Positions 1-12,565 of a stretch of DNA of 64,000 nt are shown here, one piece after another. The first letter of the stretch is position 1; each line of letters begins with the position of its first letter. The notes beneath the pieces are model-generated. The model was not told where the DNA came from. It did not search any database and worked only from the letters and a program-made list of their open reading frames with translations. Source of the stretch: Macrostomum lignano (Eukaryota); the NCBI GenBank assembly GCA_002269645.1, contig NIVC01000413.1, forward strand, positions 124,001 through 188,000, read 5' to 3'. The position numbers were made by a program, and so were the translations under genes.

Positions 1-825
1 TCCTCTCAAAGTTAAAAACTCCAGCAACAGTCTGAGTTTGAAATTTGCCGATTTATAGCATTGCAATATTGAGTGTACGTTCATACGTTCACTGCCTGCT
101 AAAGAGGCCCGCAAGTTTATTCATTGAATTTCACTGTCTAACCAATGCACAGGGCAGTCAATTGAAAGGCGCTGATAATAAAACCAATTGAATCTCAGCA
201 CAATAGCCATATAATTGCGCTTACTTACCCACCACCCACGAAATACACACAGTTCAATTTTTCAGCCGGGGTCCGCTTGTACACACGCTGCCACTGAGAA
301 CGCGACCAACCCCCACTGGCGAGAAAATACACTACAGAGATAGGAGAAAGTTGTGGCGCAATCGCTCAAAATCATGCAAATTTTCGGCTCCGAGCAGAAA
401 AAGTGTCCAGAGAAGGTTAGAAAATCAGTTTTCTGCTTTTTTAGGGATCTTAAAATGTGAAAATAAAAAATTGAAATAGCCCACTGCAGTCCCCGGAAAA
501 TTTGCAGTTTCCCCATATAAGTTTCAACGCTGACTTGCAAGTATTCTAGGAGGAGTTATGCAACACACAAACAAACAGACAAACAAACAAACAATCATCG
601 CACCAACTTTAGTATTAGGAGAGAAGGTTGCAGGCGTAAACAACTTGCTAATTGGTTCAGCAATAATGTACATTAGCCAGTCCACTGAAATGTACATGGC
701 AGCTTGAGACTGGAATTCCGAGAAAGCCAATAAAAATTGGGGCGGGCGGTAGGGGGGGGGGGTAATGTGGAAAGGCGCGGTTGGAGGGTTTAAGCTGGGG
801 GGAGGGGTAAGAGCCTCGCATACAT

Positions 826-963
826 GCGCAACCTTGGGAATCACCCGGCCGTTTCTATTGGCAACACACACATGTAAGTCGCTATTGGCTGAGAGCAGTC
901 ACGTGACTACTATTCCGTATATTGTTGCCAATAGAAACGGCCGGGTGAATCCCTAGGTTGCGC
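826..963. repeat. Inverted repeat with 41-bp arms (826-866 / 923-963, 2 mismatches) around a 56-bp loop
   Basis: GCGCAACCTTGGGAATCACCCGGCCGTTTCTATTGGCAACA is the near-perfect reverse complement of 923-963. The loop contains the palindrome GTCACGTGAC (898-907). An 11-bp direct repeat GGTAAGAGCCT lies at 806-816 and 972-982. Confidence 0.85.
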
Positions 964-1600
964 CCAAGCATGGTAAGAGCCTACGAGTAATACACGAGCC
1001 TCGGCTTTAAAGTACATTAAAATGCTTCTGTTTAACTACTGAACTGAAAGTAGCTTACACGCAAATGTGCTGAGTGGCTCATCTAGTATCTGTGGTTTCG
1101 TCTCAATTCTTGATTAAAAATTATTATCTTTTTTCTCTCAAGTTTATGTTCAATTCGGATTTAAATTCAGGTTCACAGGCCGGATCTCCTTGCTCATTCA
1201 CAGCCAAGCGCGAGAATGAAAATTCGTGACAAAGGGAAAAACCAGCGAGTCGTATACCTCGATAAGGAGAGAAGCGAAAGAATGAGTGCTCCAGATATGG
1301 AAGCGAAGAGTTTACGGTCCTCTGGATATGATAAATGGGAGATTTTTTCACGCAGCACTGACTGACGAGACTGGTGGGATTGAAGTGTCTCACGGGAGAA
1401 GTTTTATGCGACCTCCCTGCAGAGCTCAGAACTAACTGAGGAGCAGCGGGCCTCGGTATAGGGATAATATTCCCATGTCAAGTCACTCTCTGCTAATCAA
1501 TCAGTGACAGCGGCTTCTTGGATCCCTGGAATCCCAGATTCCCAATGTTCCCCAGATCGCCAGCTTTCCCCTGCTTCCCATAATCTCCAGATCCTTCATA

Positions 1601-2708
<1,108 letters not shown>

Positions 2709-2871
2709 TCAAATAAAAACTTATTTTGTTCCAACAGAACTTCTGCAATCGCAATCAATGCTTTCTCTGCGCATTCCCTCTATCCTAGCCTAAAGCAAAA
2801 ATCTTTGAGGAGGAAAAGAATATCTAGTTAACACTTACAGACGGGAAGCTTAGTGGCATTGAAAGCTGCGG

Positions 2872-2897
<26 letters not shown>
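2872..2897. repeat. (GA)n microsatellite
   Basis: Direct reading. Confidence 0.95.
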
Positions 2898-2903
<6 letters not shown>

Positions 2904-3156
2904 GAAAGCCGTGAGCAGAATTTCATATCGATCAATGACTATTCCCATTGCCAGCCCAACCATCAAGGAAGGCATTTTGATATACTTCGTATTTGAAGTC
3001 CCTTAAGGATTGTCTAATCTTCCTATGTGAAGCTTCTGTGCTTTTTTCGGTTCTGCTTATAGCTAACCATTAGGATTACAGCTTCGATTTTGGCCTTTCC
3101 GTCGATAATATTGACAACTTGCAACTGGTGGCTTTGGGTTTGATTGCTTCTGGGAC

Positions 3157-3719
<563 letters not shown>

Positions 3720-4020
3720 GCCGCAGACATGGCGAGCAAGTTCCGTCATCTGTGAAATTGGCACATTAGTGAGAATGGAGATTGGGTCCTAACTACGGCA
3801 GGCGGAAATGAGGTCTCGCAATGGCGCCGGCTGAACTAAGTTGATTTTAGGAGCAGAGTAGAAGACACCCAAGCAATACGAAGAGGCTGTTAGGCAATTT
3901 TCCAGCAGCCGAAGATGGCAATGATTGATAGGGAGATCGCTGCACTGGTTGCTCCACGCACTTGTTGGACTGCCTTACCAATGTAGCTCCATGTGCGATA
4001 ACTACAGACACAGAAGCCGG

Positions 4021-4455
4021 TTTTGGCGCCACAGGTTTGCATTTTGGCGCCACAGGTTTGCATTTTGGCGCCACAAGTTTGCATTTTGGCGCCCACAGGT
4101 TTGCATTTTGGCGCCACAAGTTTGCACTTTGGCGCCACAGGTTTGCATTTTGGCGCCACAAGTTTGCATTTTGGCGCCACAGGTTTGCATTTTGGCGCCA
4201 CAGGTTTGCATTTTGGCGCCACAGGTTTGCATTTTGGCTCCACAGATGCATATTTTAGTGCCACAGTAGCATATTTTAGCGCCACAGATGCATATTTTAG
4301 CGCCACAGATGCATATTTTAGCGCCACAGATGCATATTTTAGCGCCACAGATGCATATTTTAGTGCCACAGTAGCATATTTTAGCGCCACAGATGCATAT
4401 TTTAGCGCCACAGATGCATATTTTAGCGCCACAGATGCATATTTTAGCGCCACAG
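4021..4455. repeat. 21-bp minisatellite with two sub-variants
   Basis: (TTTTGGCGCCACAGGTTTGCA)n grading into (TTTTAGCGCCACAGATGCATA)n. Confidence 0.96.
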
Positions 4456-5024
4456 ATGCCAGTTTTGGCACCAGAATATTTTTCGCTAATTGCAATTTCG
4501 GATTGTTTGCTTTACTTACCCTTTTGGTGACAATATTTACTGTAGGCAAATGCATCAATTTTTATTAAAGTACAGCAAGTTCCAAAGTGAAGAATCATTT
4601 CCTAGAAACTGAGCCGAGTAAACAGTTCCGGCAGGTAGATTTAAACTTGCAATTACAGACAATTAAAACCAACTAGTTAGCGGTGAACAATTTTTTTCGA
4701 GTTTTCCCTATACTTTCGCTTTAGTCGATCAAACAGATCTCTGCTCTGTGACAGAAATTCCCATTTCTCTTCTTACATTTTCATCCCTGTCTTTTTTGGG
4801 TTTCTGCTGATTGCAAACAAGGGAGCAATTGCTTTTTCAGCGGAGCTTCTTTGGTGGGCAAGGGAAGATATGATGGGGGTTGTGTACTCGTAGCATGCGA
4901 AATATGAATAGAAAATGGCGTAATGGAATAGGAAAGCAAATAGACAGACAGGTACGCCACATTTTAATGCGATAGTGAGAAAGTGAGTGGAGTAGAGATG
5001 AGAGACGGGGAGAGTATGAGAGAG

Positions 5025-5650
5025 GAAGAGATTAGTACAGAGGGGTAGTAGAGAGAGATTAGTAGAGAGGGGTAGTAAAGAGGGGGAATAGAGAGAGATT
5101 AGTAGAGAGGGGTATTAGAGAGAGATTAGTAGAGAGGGGTAGTAGAGAGAGATTAGTAGAGAGAGATTAGTAGACAGAGATTAGTAGAGAGGGGTAGTAG
5201 AGAGGGGTAGTAGAAACAGATTAGTAGAGAGGGGTAGTAAAGAGGGGTAATAGAGAGAAATTAGTAGAGAGGGTTAGTAGAGAGAGATTAGTAGAGAGGG
5301 GTAGTAGAGAGAGATTAGTAGAGAGGTAGTAAAGAGGGGTAGTAGAGAGGGGTAGTAGAGAGAGATTAGTAGAGAGCGGTAGTAGAGAGAGATTAGTAGA
5401 CAGGTAGTAAAGAGTGGTAGTAGAGAGGGGTAGTAGAGAGAGATTAGTAGAGAGGGGTAGTAGAGAGAGATTAGTAGAGAGGGGTAGTAAAGAGGGGTAA
5501 TAGAGAGAGATTAGTAGAGAGTGGTAGTAGAGAGAGATTAGAAGAGAGCGGTAGTAGAGAGGGGTAGAGAGAGAGAGTAGTAGAGGGGTAGTAGAGAGGG
5601 GTAGTAAAGAGGGCAGTAGAGAAGGGAAGTAGAGACGGTAGTAGAGAGAG
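5025..5650. repeat. Purine-rich degenerate minisatellite
   Basis: Alternating GTAGAGAGAGATTA / GTAGAGAGGGGTA units. Confidence 0.92.
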
Positions 5651-6099
5651 AGTTCAGAGGGGAGAATAGAGTGGAGAAAGGTAGGAGAGAGGCGAGCTGC
5701 AGGAAGATATATATGGAGTCGCGAAGAATGACAACGAGAAGTTCACATCCAAGAATCGAATTCAAGCTGAAGAAATGAGCTCCCAGAATAATGGCTGACT
5801 ATCTCCGGTGACTCGCTGATGAAGCACCTTACGCCTGCACTCATGGTTGCGAGAATTCCAAACAAATTTTGACGAATCTCAACCGATAAAAAATCCCCAC
5901 TGCACTACTACTCTAACTAATGTGAGTAGCAAGTAGGGAGAGAGATGGCTTAGCGTTTCACATTGTCTGTACTCACCTGTCTTCTGAGCTCAGGTTCATC
6001 GAATGGCTTTGAGTAGTCATTGTGCCAGAATGAGTCGTTGTCGCCTGTTCTGTTAAATTATGATAGGGCATAATTATTTATTTTGTACTACTACAGGTG

Positions 6100-7122
6100 A
6101 GGGTAAATGAGGGAGAGAGATAAGAGGGATGATTAAGACTTACCTGTAGATATGAGAGTGATAAGGGGCATGATTAATGCTTACTTGTAGATGTGAGAGA
6201 GATAAGAGGGATGGTTAGTGCTTACCTGTAGATATAAGAGTGATAAGGGGGATGATTAAGGCTAACCTGTAGATCTGAGAGAGATAATAGGGATGATTAA
6301 GGCTACCCGTAGTTATGAGAGAAATAAGGGGGATGATTAAGGCTTACCTGTAGATGCGAGAGAGATAATAGGGATGATTAAGGCTTACCTGTAGATGCGA
6401 GAGAGATAAGGGGGATGATTAGTGCTTACCTGTAGATGTGAGAGAGATAAGAGGGATGATTAATGCTTACCTGTAGATGTGAGAGAGACAAGGGGGATGA
6501 TTAAGACTTATCTGTAGATGTGAGAGAGATAAGAGGGATGATTAATGCTTACCTGTAGATGTGAGAGAGACAAGGGGGATGATTAATGCTTACCTGTAGA
6601 TGTGAGAGAGATAAGGGGGATGATTAATGCTTACCTGTAGATGTGAGAGAGACAAGGGGGATGATTAAGACTTATCTGTAGATGTGAGAGAGACAAGGGG
6701 GATGATTAATGCTTACCTGTAGATGCGAGAGAGATAAGGGGGATGATTAATGCTTACCTGTAGATGCGAGAGAGATAAGAGGGATGATTAAGGCTTACCT
6801 GTAGATGCGAGAGAGATAAGAGGGATGATTAAGGCTTACCTGTAGATGTGAGAGAGATAAGAGGGATGATTAAGGCTTACCTGTAGATGCGAGAGAGATA
6901 AGAGGGATGATTAAGGCTTACCTGTAGATGCGAGAGAGATAAGAGGGATGATTAAGGCTTACCTGTAGATGCGAGAGAGATAAGAGGGATGATTAAGGCT
7001 TACCTGTAGATGTGAGAGAGATAAGAGGGATGATTAATGCTTACCTGTAGATGCGAGAGAGATAAGAGGGATGATTAAGGCTTACCTGTAGATGTGAGAG
7101 AGATAAGGATGATAAAGGCTGC
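6100..7122 (-). repeat. 41-bp minisatellite (about 24 units); each unit reads as a GT-AG mini-intron on the minus strand
   Basis: Minus-strand unit GTAAGCCTTAATCATCCCTCTTATCTCTCTCGCATCTACAG. The plus-strand CTTACCTG motif recurs every 41 bp from 6139 to 7081. Confidence 0.95.
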
Positions 7123-7633
7123 CTGTGGAAATAGGGGAGATTTGATAGAATTCAAGGAGTTCAGTTAGCAAAAAATAATTAAAAACTCACTCCGTCACAG
7201 ACACCAATTTGTTGGGATCTATTACTGCACTTTTAATTTCCTTTCGGGGATAGAACTTTAACTTTGGAGATAGAAATAATAAGAACCTAATCGAAAAGAA
7301 GTGCTTTTTATAGTGGAGTCTCAGTACTTCTGGCTGACAGATTGATCTTGTAAAAGGGCTTCTATTGGATTATACGAAGCTCCATCCACCTCATAGCAGC
7401 TGTAGCAGATGAGCTTCTTGTTTTGTGTCTGATCTGAGTCCAAGCGAAATTCGCTAAGTACCAATTTTTACTTAGAGAAAATTGAAGAATCAGTTTTTCC
7501 GCACGCACACAGTTTTTGGTGCAATATTTCAGAATTTTGTATGGGTGTGCTTGAGCGTATTTTACAGATTTTAAGATCCTTTTACTTGCATTAAGCACGC
7601 GAAAACAGCAAGTATTGCGAAAATGGAAGCCCT

Positions 7634-8130
7634 TCCTCACCCTCCTCTTCTATCCTCCTCCATTGCCCTCCCTCACCCCCCTACCTCCCTTTCTCTCCCT
7701 CACCCTCCTCCCCTTGCCATCCCTCACCCTCCTCCCCTTGCCCTCTCTCACCCTCCTCCCCTTGCCCTCCCTCACCCTCCTCCCCTTGCCCTCCCTCACC
7801 CTCCTCCTCTTGCCCTCTCTCACCCTCCTCCCCTTTCTCTCCCTCACCCTCCTCCCCTTGCCCTCTCTCACCCTCCTCCCCTTGCCCTCCCTCACCCTCC
7901 TCCCCTTGCCCTCCCTCACCCTCCTCCCCTTGCCCTCCCTCACCCTCCTCCCCTTGCCCTCTCTCACCCTCCTCCCCTTGCCCTCCCTCACCCTCCTCCC
8001 CTTGCCCTCCCTCACCCTCCTCCCCTTGCCCTCCCTCACCCTCCTCCCCTTGCCCTCCCTCACCCTCCTCCCCTTGCCCTCCCTCACCCTCCTCCCCTTG
8101 CCCTCCCTCACCCTCCTCCCCTTGCCCTCC
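7634..8130. repeat. 24-bp pyrimidine-rich minisatellite
   Basis: (CCCTCCTCCCCTTGCCCTCCCTCA)n. Confidence 0.96.
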
Positions 8131-8792
8131 CAATCCCTAACAGTTTTTCTGTGCAAGTCTCTCAGCACTTTTGAGCGCACCCGCGGGCGCTCGTACTTAT
8201 TAGCCTGGAAATTTGACAATTAGGATGGTATTATGCAGTAGCGTGACGCACATTAATTAGAAGGCTCTATTTAGCTTGCTTAATGATAGGATAATAATGT
8301 AAATCTGTGTATCGGAAATATTCTTTGATGTCGCCAGATGGAAAAGGCGGTGCTTTGCATAATCATTAGCTAGCATCGCTTGGATGAGACTAATTGCAGA
8401 GTAAATTAGCTTTTAGAATTGATTAGATGGGAGGAACGTCGCGAGGTTTTGGGACACCTCTTTTGCTAGCGAAGTTCATAGATAATCAACTCTGGTGACA
8501 GTGGCTGCAGCAGCAGCAGCAAGTGAATGGCAATTCTCAACTATCAGCTTCACTGACAAAAGCAATGCTTTCCATACTTTTATAGATGCATTCAGATTCA
8601 CAGTATTCAAAAATCGAATGATTGCTATGGATGATGGATGAAATAAACGATAGAGTAAAACATTTAAAATGCCAAGTCAATTAATTATTTTAAAAGGTTT
8701 TTTCGCTTTCTGATAAAGCTAATTTTCTGTCAGGGTTAATTAAAATTCTATATTTTTTGCTTTTTATCTACAACTGCCACTGCCAGACTGTT

Positions 8793-9665
8793 GTAGAATA
8801 GACTGCAGGATAGACTGTAGGATAGTGTAGGATAGACTGCAGGATAGACTGTAGGATAGTGCAGGATAGACTGTAGGATAGTGCAGGATAGACTGCAGGA
8901 TAGACTGCAGGATAGTGTAGGATAACAACAACAACAACAGAGTACGCTGCCAGTTCACAAAAGCAGCGTCAGATGGCGCGCTTCAAAGCTTGGGCGCGAA
9001 CAAAAGCCGCACCGCCGGCAGAGTCCGGGGCGCCGGCGTCAGCCAGCAGACAGTCGACGTAGCGCCGAGTCTTCGCCTGTCCCCGCCGGTAGGGTGCCTG
9101 CAACGTAAGTAGCAGCACCTCCTGCACCGGCTCCGGACAGTAGGCCTCGGCGCGGAGACTGTAGGATAGACTGCAGGATAGACTGTAGGATAGTGTAGGA
9201 TAGACTGCAGGATAGACTGAAGGATAGTGTAGGATAGACTGCAGGATAGACTGTAGGATAGTGTAGGATAGACTGCGGGATAGACTGTAGGATAGACTGA
9301 AGGATAGTTTAGGATAGACTGCAGGATAGACTGTAGGATAGTGTAGGATTGACTGCAGGATAGACTGTAGGATAGACTCTAGGATAGTGTAGGATAGAAT
9401 GCAGGATAGTGTAGGATAGACTGTAGGATAGACTGTAGGATAGTGTAGGATAGACTGTAGGATAGACTGTAGGATAGACTGTAGGATAGACTGAAGGATA
9501 GTGTAGGATAGACTGTAGGATAGACTGTAGGATAGACTGAAGGATAGTGTAGTATAGACTGTATGATAGACTGTAGGATAGACTGTAGGATAGACTGAAG
9601 GATAGTGTAGGATAGACTGTAGGATAGACTGTAGGATAGACTGAAGGATAGTGTAGGATAGACCA
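8793..9665. repeat. 12-bp-based minisatellite (GTAGGATAGACT family) interrupted by a LINE fragment
   Basis: GYAGGATAGACT / GTAGGATAGT units on both sides of 8924-9156. Confidence 0.95.
8924..9156 (-). mobile_element. 233-bp 5'-truncated copy of the RTE-like LINE at 60749-63158
   Basis: The reverse complement matches 62923-63158 with no mismatch seen by eye, apart from tail length. It includes the ORF stop, the 3' UTR and the (TTG)n tail. Confidence 0.95.
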
Positions 9666-10254
9666 TATCGACTGTTGCAAATAGTATATGGTAACGAAGA
9701 ATATTGAATTGGTTTATCTCTGCACTCTTTCTGCAGAAACTAACTTATAAGAAACCACAATGGTTAACACAGTACAGTAGCTATTATTTAAAAGTGCTTT
9801 CCGTAGAACTTCTGCTCCTAGAAGTTCGAGCTTCTAAACTTTTTCTATCACGCAGTACAAGTGGAGTCTTTCTAGCCATTTAAGTACAATTCTTCAATGC
9901 GTTTAGCACAGAGAATCGCCATCGCCAGCCAGCTAATTGGTCGGCCGCTCCTCCCCCGCTGTGACTCACGAATTAATTAACACTTTAATTAAATCGCAAT
10001 TATCTGTAGGGCAATTCAAAAACACCAGATTAAATTATTCACGCCCAGAGTAAAGAATACATTTTTATGTACCGATAATAATCTTGTCCAATATTTGCCT
10101 AGCTAAGGTGTAATTTGCCAAGTTAGCAAACAGTTCAATTTATTAGTGTTAAATTGCATTTGGTGAGAAAGTTGTGCCTGTATAATAGGCGAGTCGCATT
10201 AAATGGGGCTTGAGAAGTTCTAATGTTTTTATTACCTTAGCTGTAGTTGTAAAA

Positions 10255-12003
10255 ATGAACCGCGATGAAATTCGAGAACTGCAGATGGAAGCGAACCCAT
10301 TCTTGGACGCTTTCATTGCTATTGATGTCCATGAGAATGAGGTCATCGGCACTGCGGAGCTGCGGCAGCGACTCAAGCTGAGCACTTTTGTCAGTGACTC
10401 ATTTGCTAAGGTAATTATTGCATTATCCTACAGTCTATCCTACAGTCTATCCTACAGTCTATCTTTGCAATCTATCCTACAGTCTATCCTACAGTCTATC
10501 CTGTAGTCTATCCTGTAGTCTATCCTGTAGTCTATCCTGTAGTCTATCCTGTAGTCTATCTTGTAGACTATCCTGCAGTCTATCCTGCAGTCTATCTACA
10601 GTCTATCCTACAGTCTATCCTACAGTCTCTACTGCAGTTTATGCTGCAGTCTATCCTACTGTCTATCCTACAGTCTATCCTGCAGTTTATGCTGCAGTCT
10701 ATCCTACTGTCTATCCTACAGTCTATCCTACAGTCTATCAAACAGTCTTTCCTGTAGTCTTTCCTGTAGTCTATCCTGCAGTCTATCTTTCAGTTTATCC
10801 TACAATCTATCGAATAGAAAATCGTATTACAGTCTATTATGATACACTGTACATTAATAATGGAAAGAATTTAATGCTCTAAAGACTGCAATCGTTTCTT
10901 TGAAAATTTTTTAGAGATGGCTGACAATTTTTGACTTAAACAGGAATGGCGCCATCACTCTGGAAGAGTTCTGCCAAGTGCTCGGGCTCAAGGTTAACAC
11001 TGCGTGAGTAACGTGCCACTTTTGCTCCAATCTGGCACATTAGCTCCAATCTGGCACCTTAGCTTCAATCTGGCACCTTAGCTCCAATCTGGCACCTTAG
11101 CTCCAATCTGGCACCTTAGCTCCAATCTGGCACCTTAGCTCCAATCTGGCACCTTAGCTCCAATCTGGCACCTTAGCTCCAATCTGGCACCTTAGCTCCA
11201 ATCTGGCACCTTAGCTCCAATCTGGCACCTTAGCTCCAATCTGGCACCTTAGCTCCAATCTGGCACCTTAGCTCCAATCTGGCACCTTAGCTCCAATCTG
11301 GGACCTGAGCTCCAATCTGGCACCTTAGCTCCAATCTGGCACCTTAGCTCCAATCTGGCACCTTAGCTCCAATCTGGCACCTTAGCTCCAATCTGGCACC
11401 TGAGCTCCAATCTGGCACCTTAGCTCCAATCTGGCACCTTAGCTCCAATCTGGCACCTTAGCTCCAATCTGGCACCTGAGCTCCAATCTGGCACCTGAGC
11501 TCCAATCTGGCACCTGAGCTCCAATCTGGCACCTTAGCTCCAATCTGGCACCTTAGCACGCATTCGCATGTACACTGAATCTTAAAAAGCCTTCCAATCC
11601 GTGATTCCGCAGCCGAGCTTACAGGCGTCAGCGTCAGCTGGGCTCCTCTTCCAGCCAATCAAAACTCCGACACCGGCAACGAAATGGAAGCGAGGCGAAA
11701 ACCGAGCCGGCTGAATCGATTGCATCCTTGATCAGCTGCAGTGCTGCTCCAGACACCGAGTCAGTTATTATTAAAACTGTAACTGAATTAGTGAGATCTC
11801 GGAATTCTCTGCTCGAATCAGACACCGACTCTGAACTGGCTGATGAAGCCAAGCGGCAGCTGGAAAATTGTCTCGGTCGAATTTGGCACGTTGTCATCGT
11901 CAGAGGCGGATACTCGGCGAGTTACAGTCACGTGACCGGCTGCTCAGCGCGCTTCCGATGCGGCGATAGAATATTTCTCGTTTGGAAGACTCCGTCTGGG
12001 TGA
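10255..12003 (+). CDS. Tegument-allergen-like (TAL) protein: two EF-hands plus a C-terminal dynein light chain-like domain, about 207 aa
   Basis: Exons 10255-10410, 10915-11003 and 11625-12003 are GT-AG and phase-consistent. EF1 [12 protein letters not shown] is degenerate and EF2 [12 protein letters not shown] is canonical. The DLC-like tail reads [32 protein letters not shown]...FLVWKTP. Confidence 0.85.
10423..10810. repeat. CAGTCTATCCTA minisatellite in TAL intron 1 (reverse complement of the 8793-9665 family)
   Basis: The unit is the reverse complement of TAGGATAGACTG. Confidence 0.93.
11023..11557. repeat. 19-bp minisatellite in TAL intron 2
   Basis: (GCTCCAATCTGGCACCTTA)n. Confidence 0.97.
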
Positions 12004-12029
12004 CACGATTCTTGCTGATCTGCTGCCAG

Positions 12030-12565
12030 CCAACGTAGATGGGGGGGGCGGATGACAGCCAAAGTAGATGGGGGGCGGATGACAGCCAACGTAGATGGGG
12101 GCGGATGACAGCCAACGTAGATGGGGGGCGGATGACAGCCAAAGTAGATGGGGGGCGGATGACAGCCAAAGTAGATGGGGCGGGGCGGATGACAGCCAAA
12201 GTAGATGGGGGGCGGGCGGATGACAGCCAAAGTAGATGGGGGGCGGGGCGGATGACAGCCAACGTAGATGGGGGCGGATGACAGCCAACGTAGTTTCGGG
12301 GCGGATGACAGCCAACGTGGATTCGGGGCGGATGACAGCCAAAATAGATGGGGGCGGATGGCAGCCAAAATAGATGGGGGCGGATGGCAGCCAAAATAGA
12401 TGGGGGCGGATGGCAGCCAAAATAGATGGGGGCGGATGGCAGCCAAAATAGATGGGGGCGGATGGCAGCCAAAATAGATGGGGGCGGATGGCAGCCAAAA
12501 TAGATGGGGGCGGATGGCAGCCAAACTAGATGGGGCGGATGGCAGCCAAACTAGATTGGGGCGGA
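12030..12565. repeat. About 26-bp G-rich minisatellite just downstream of the TAL stop codon
   Basis: (GGCGGATGRCAGCCAAMRTAGATGGG)n. Confidence 0.95.

Noticed and set aside
266-1470. Possible plus-strand exons (about 266-416 and 1140-1460)
   Set aside because: Splice-like signals and short open frames exist, but there is no recognisable protein and no consistent gene model.
3850-5980. Further minus-strand exon candidates (about 3890-4000, 4770-4890, 5700-5800) that might belong to the gene hosting the 41-bp array
   Set aside because: Phases could not be joined unambiguously and no homology was recognised, so they are not reported as a CDS.
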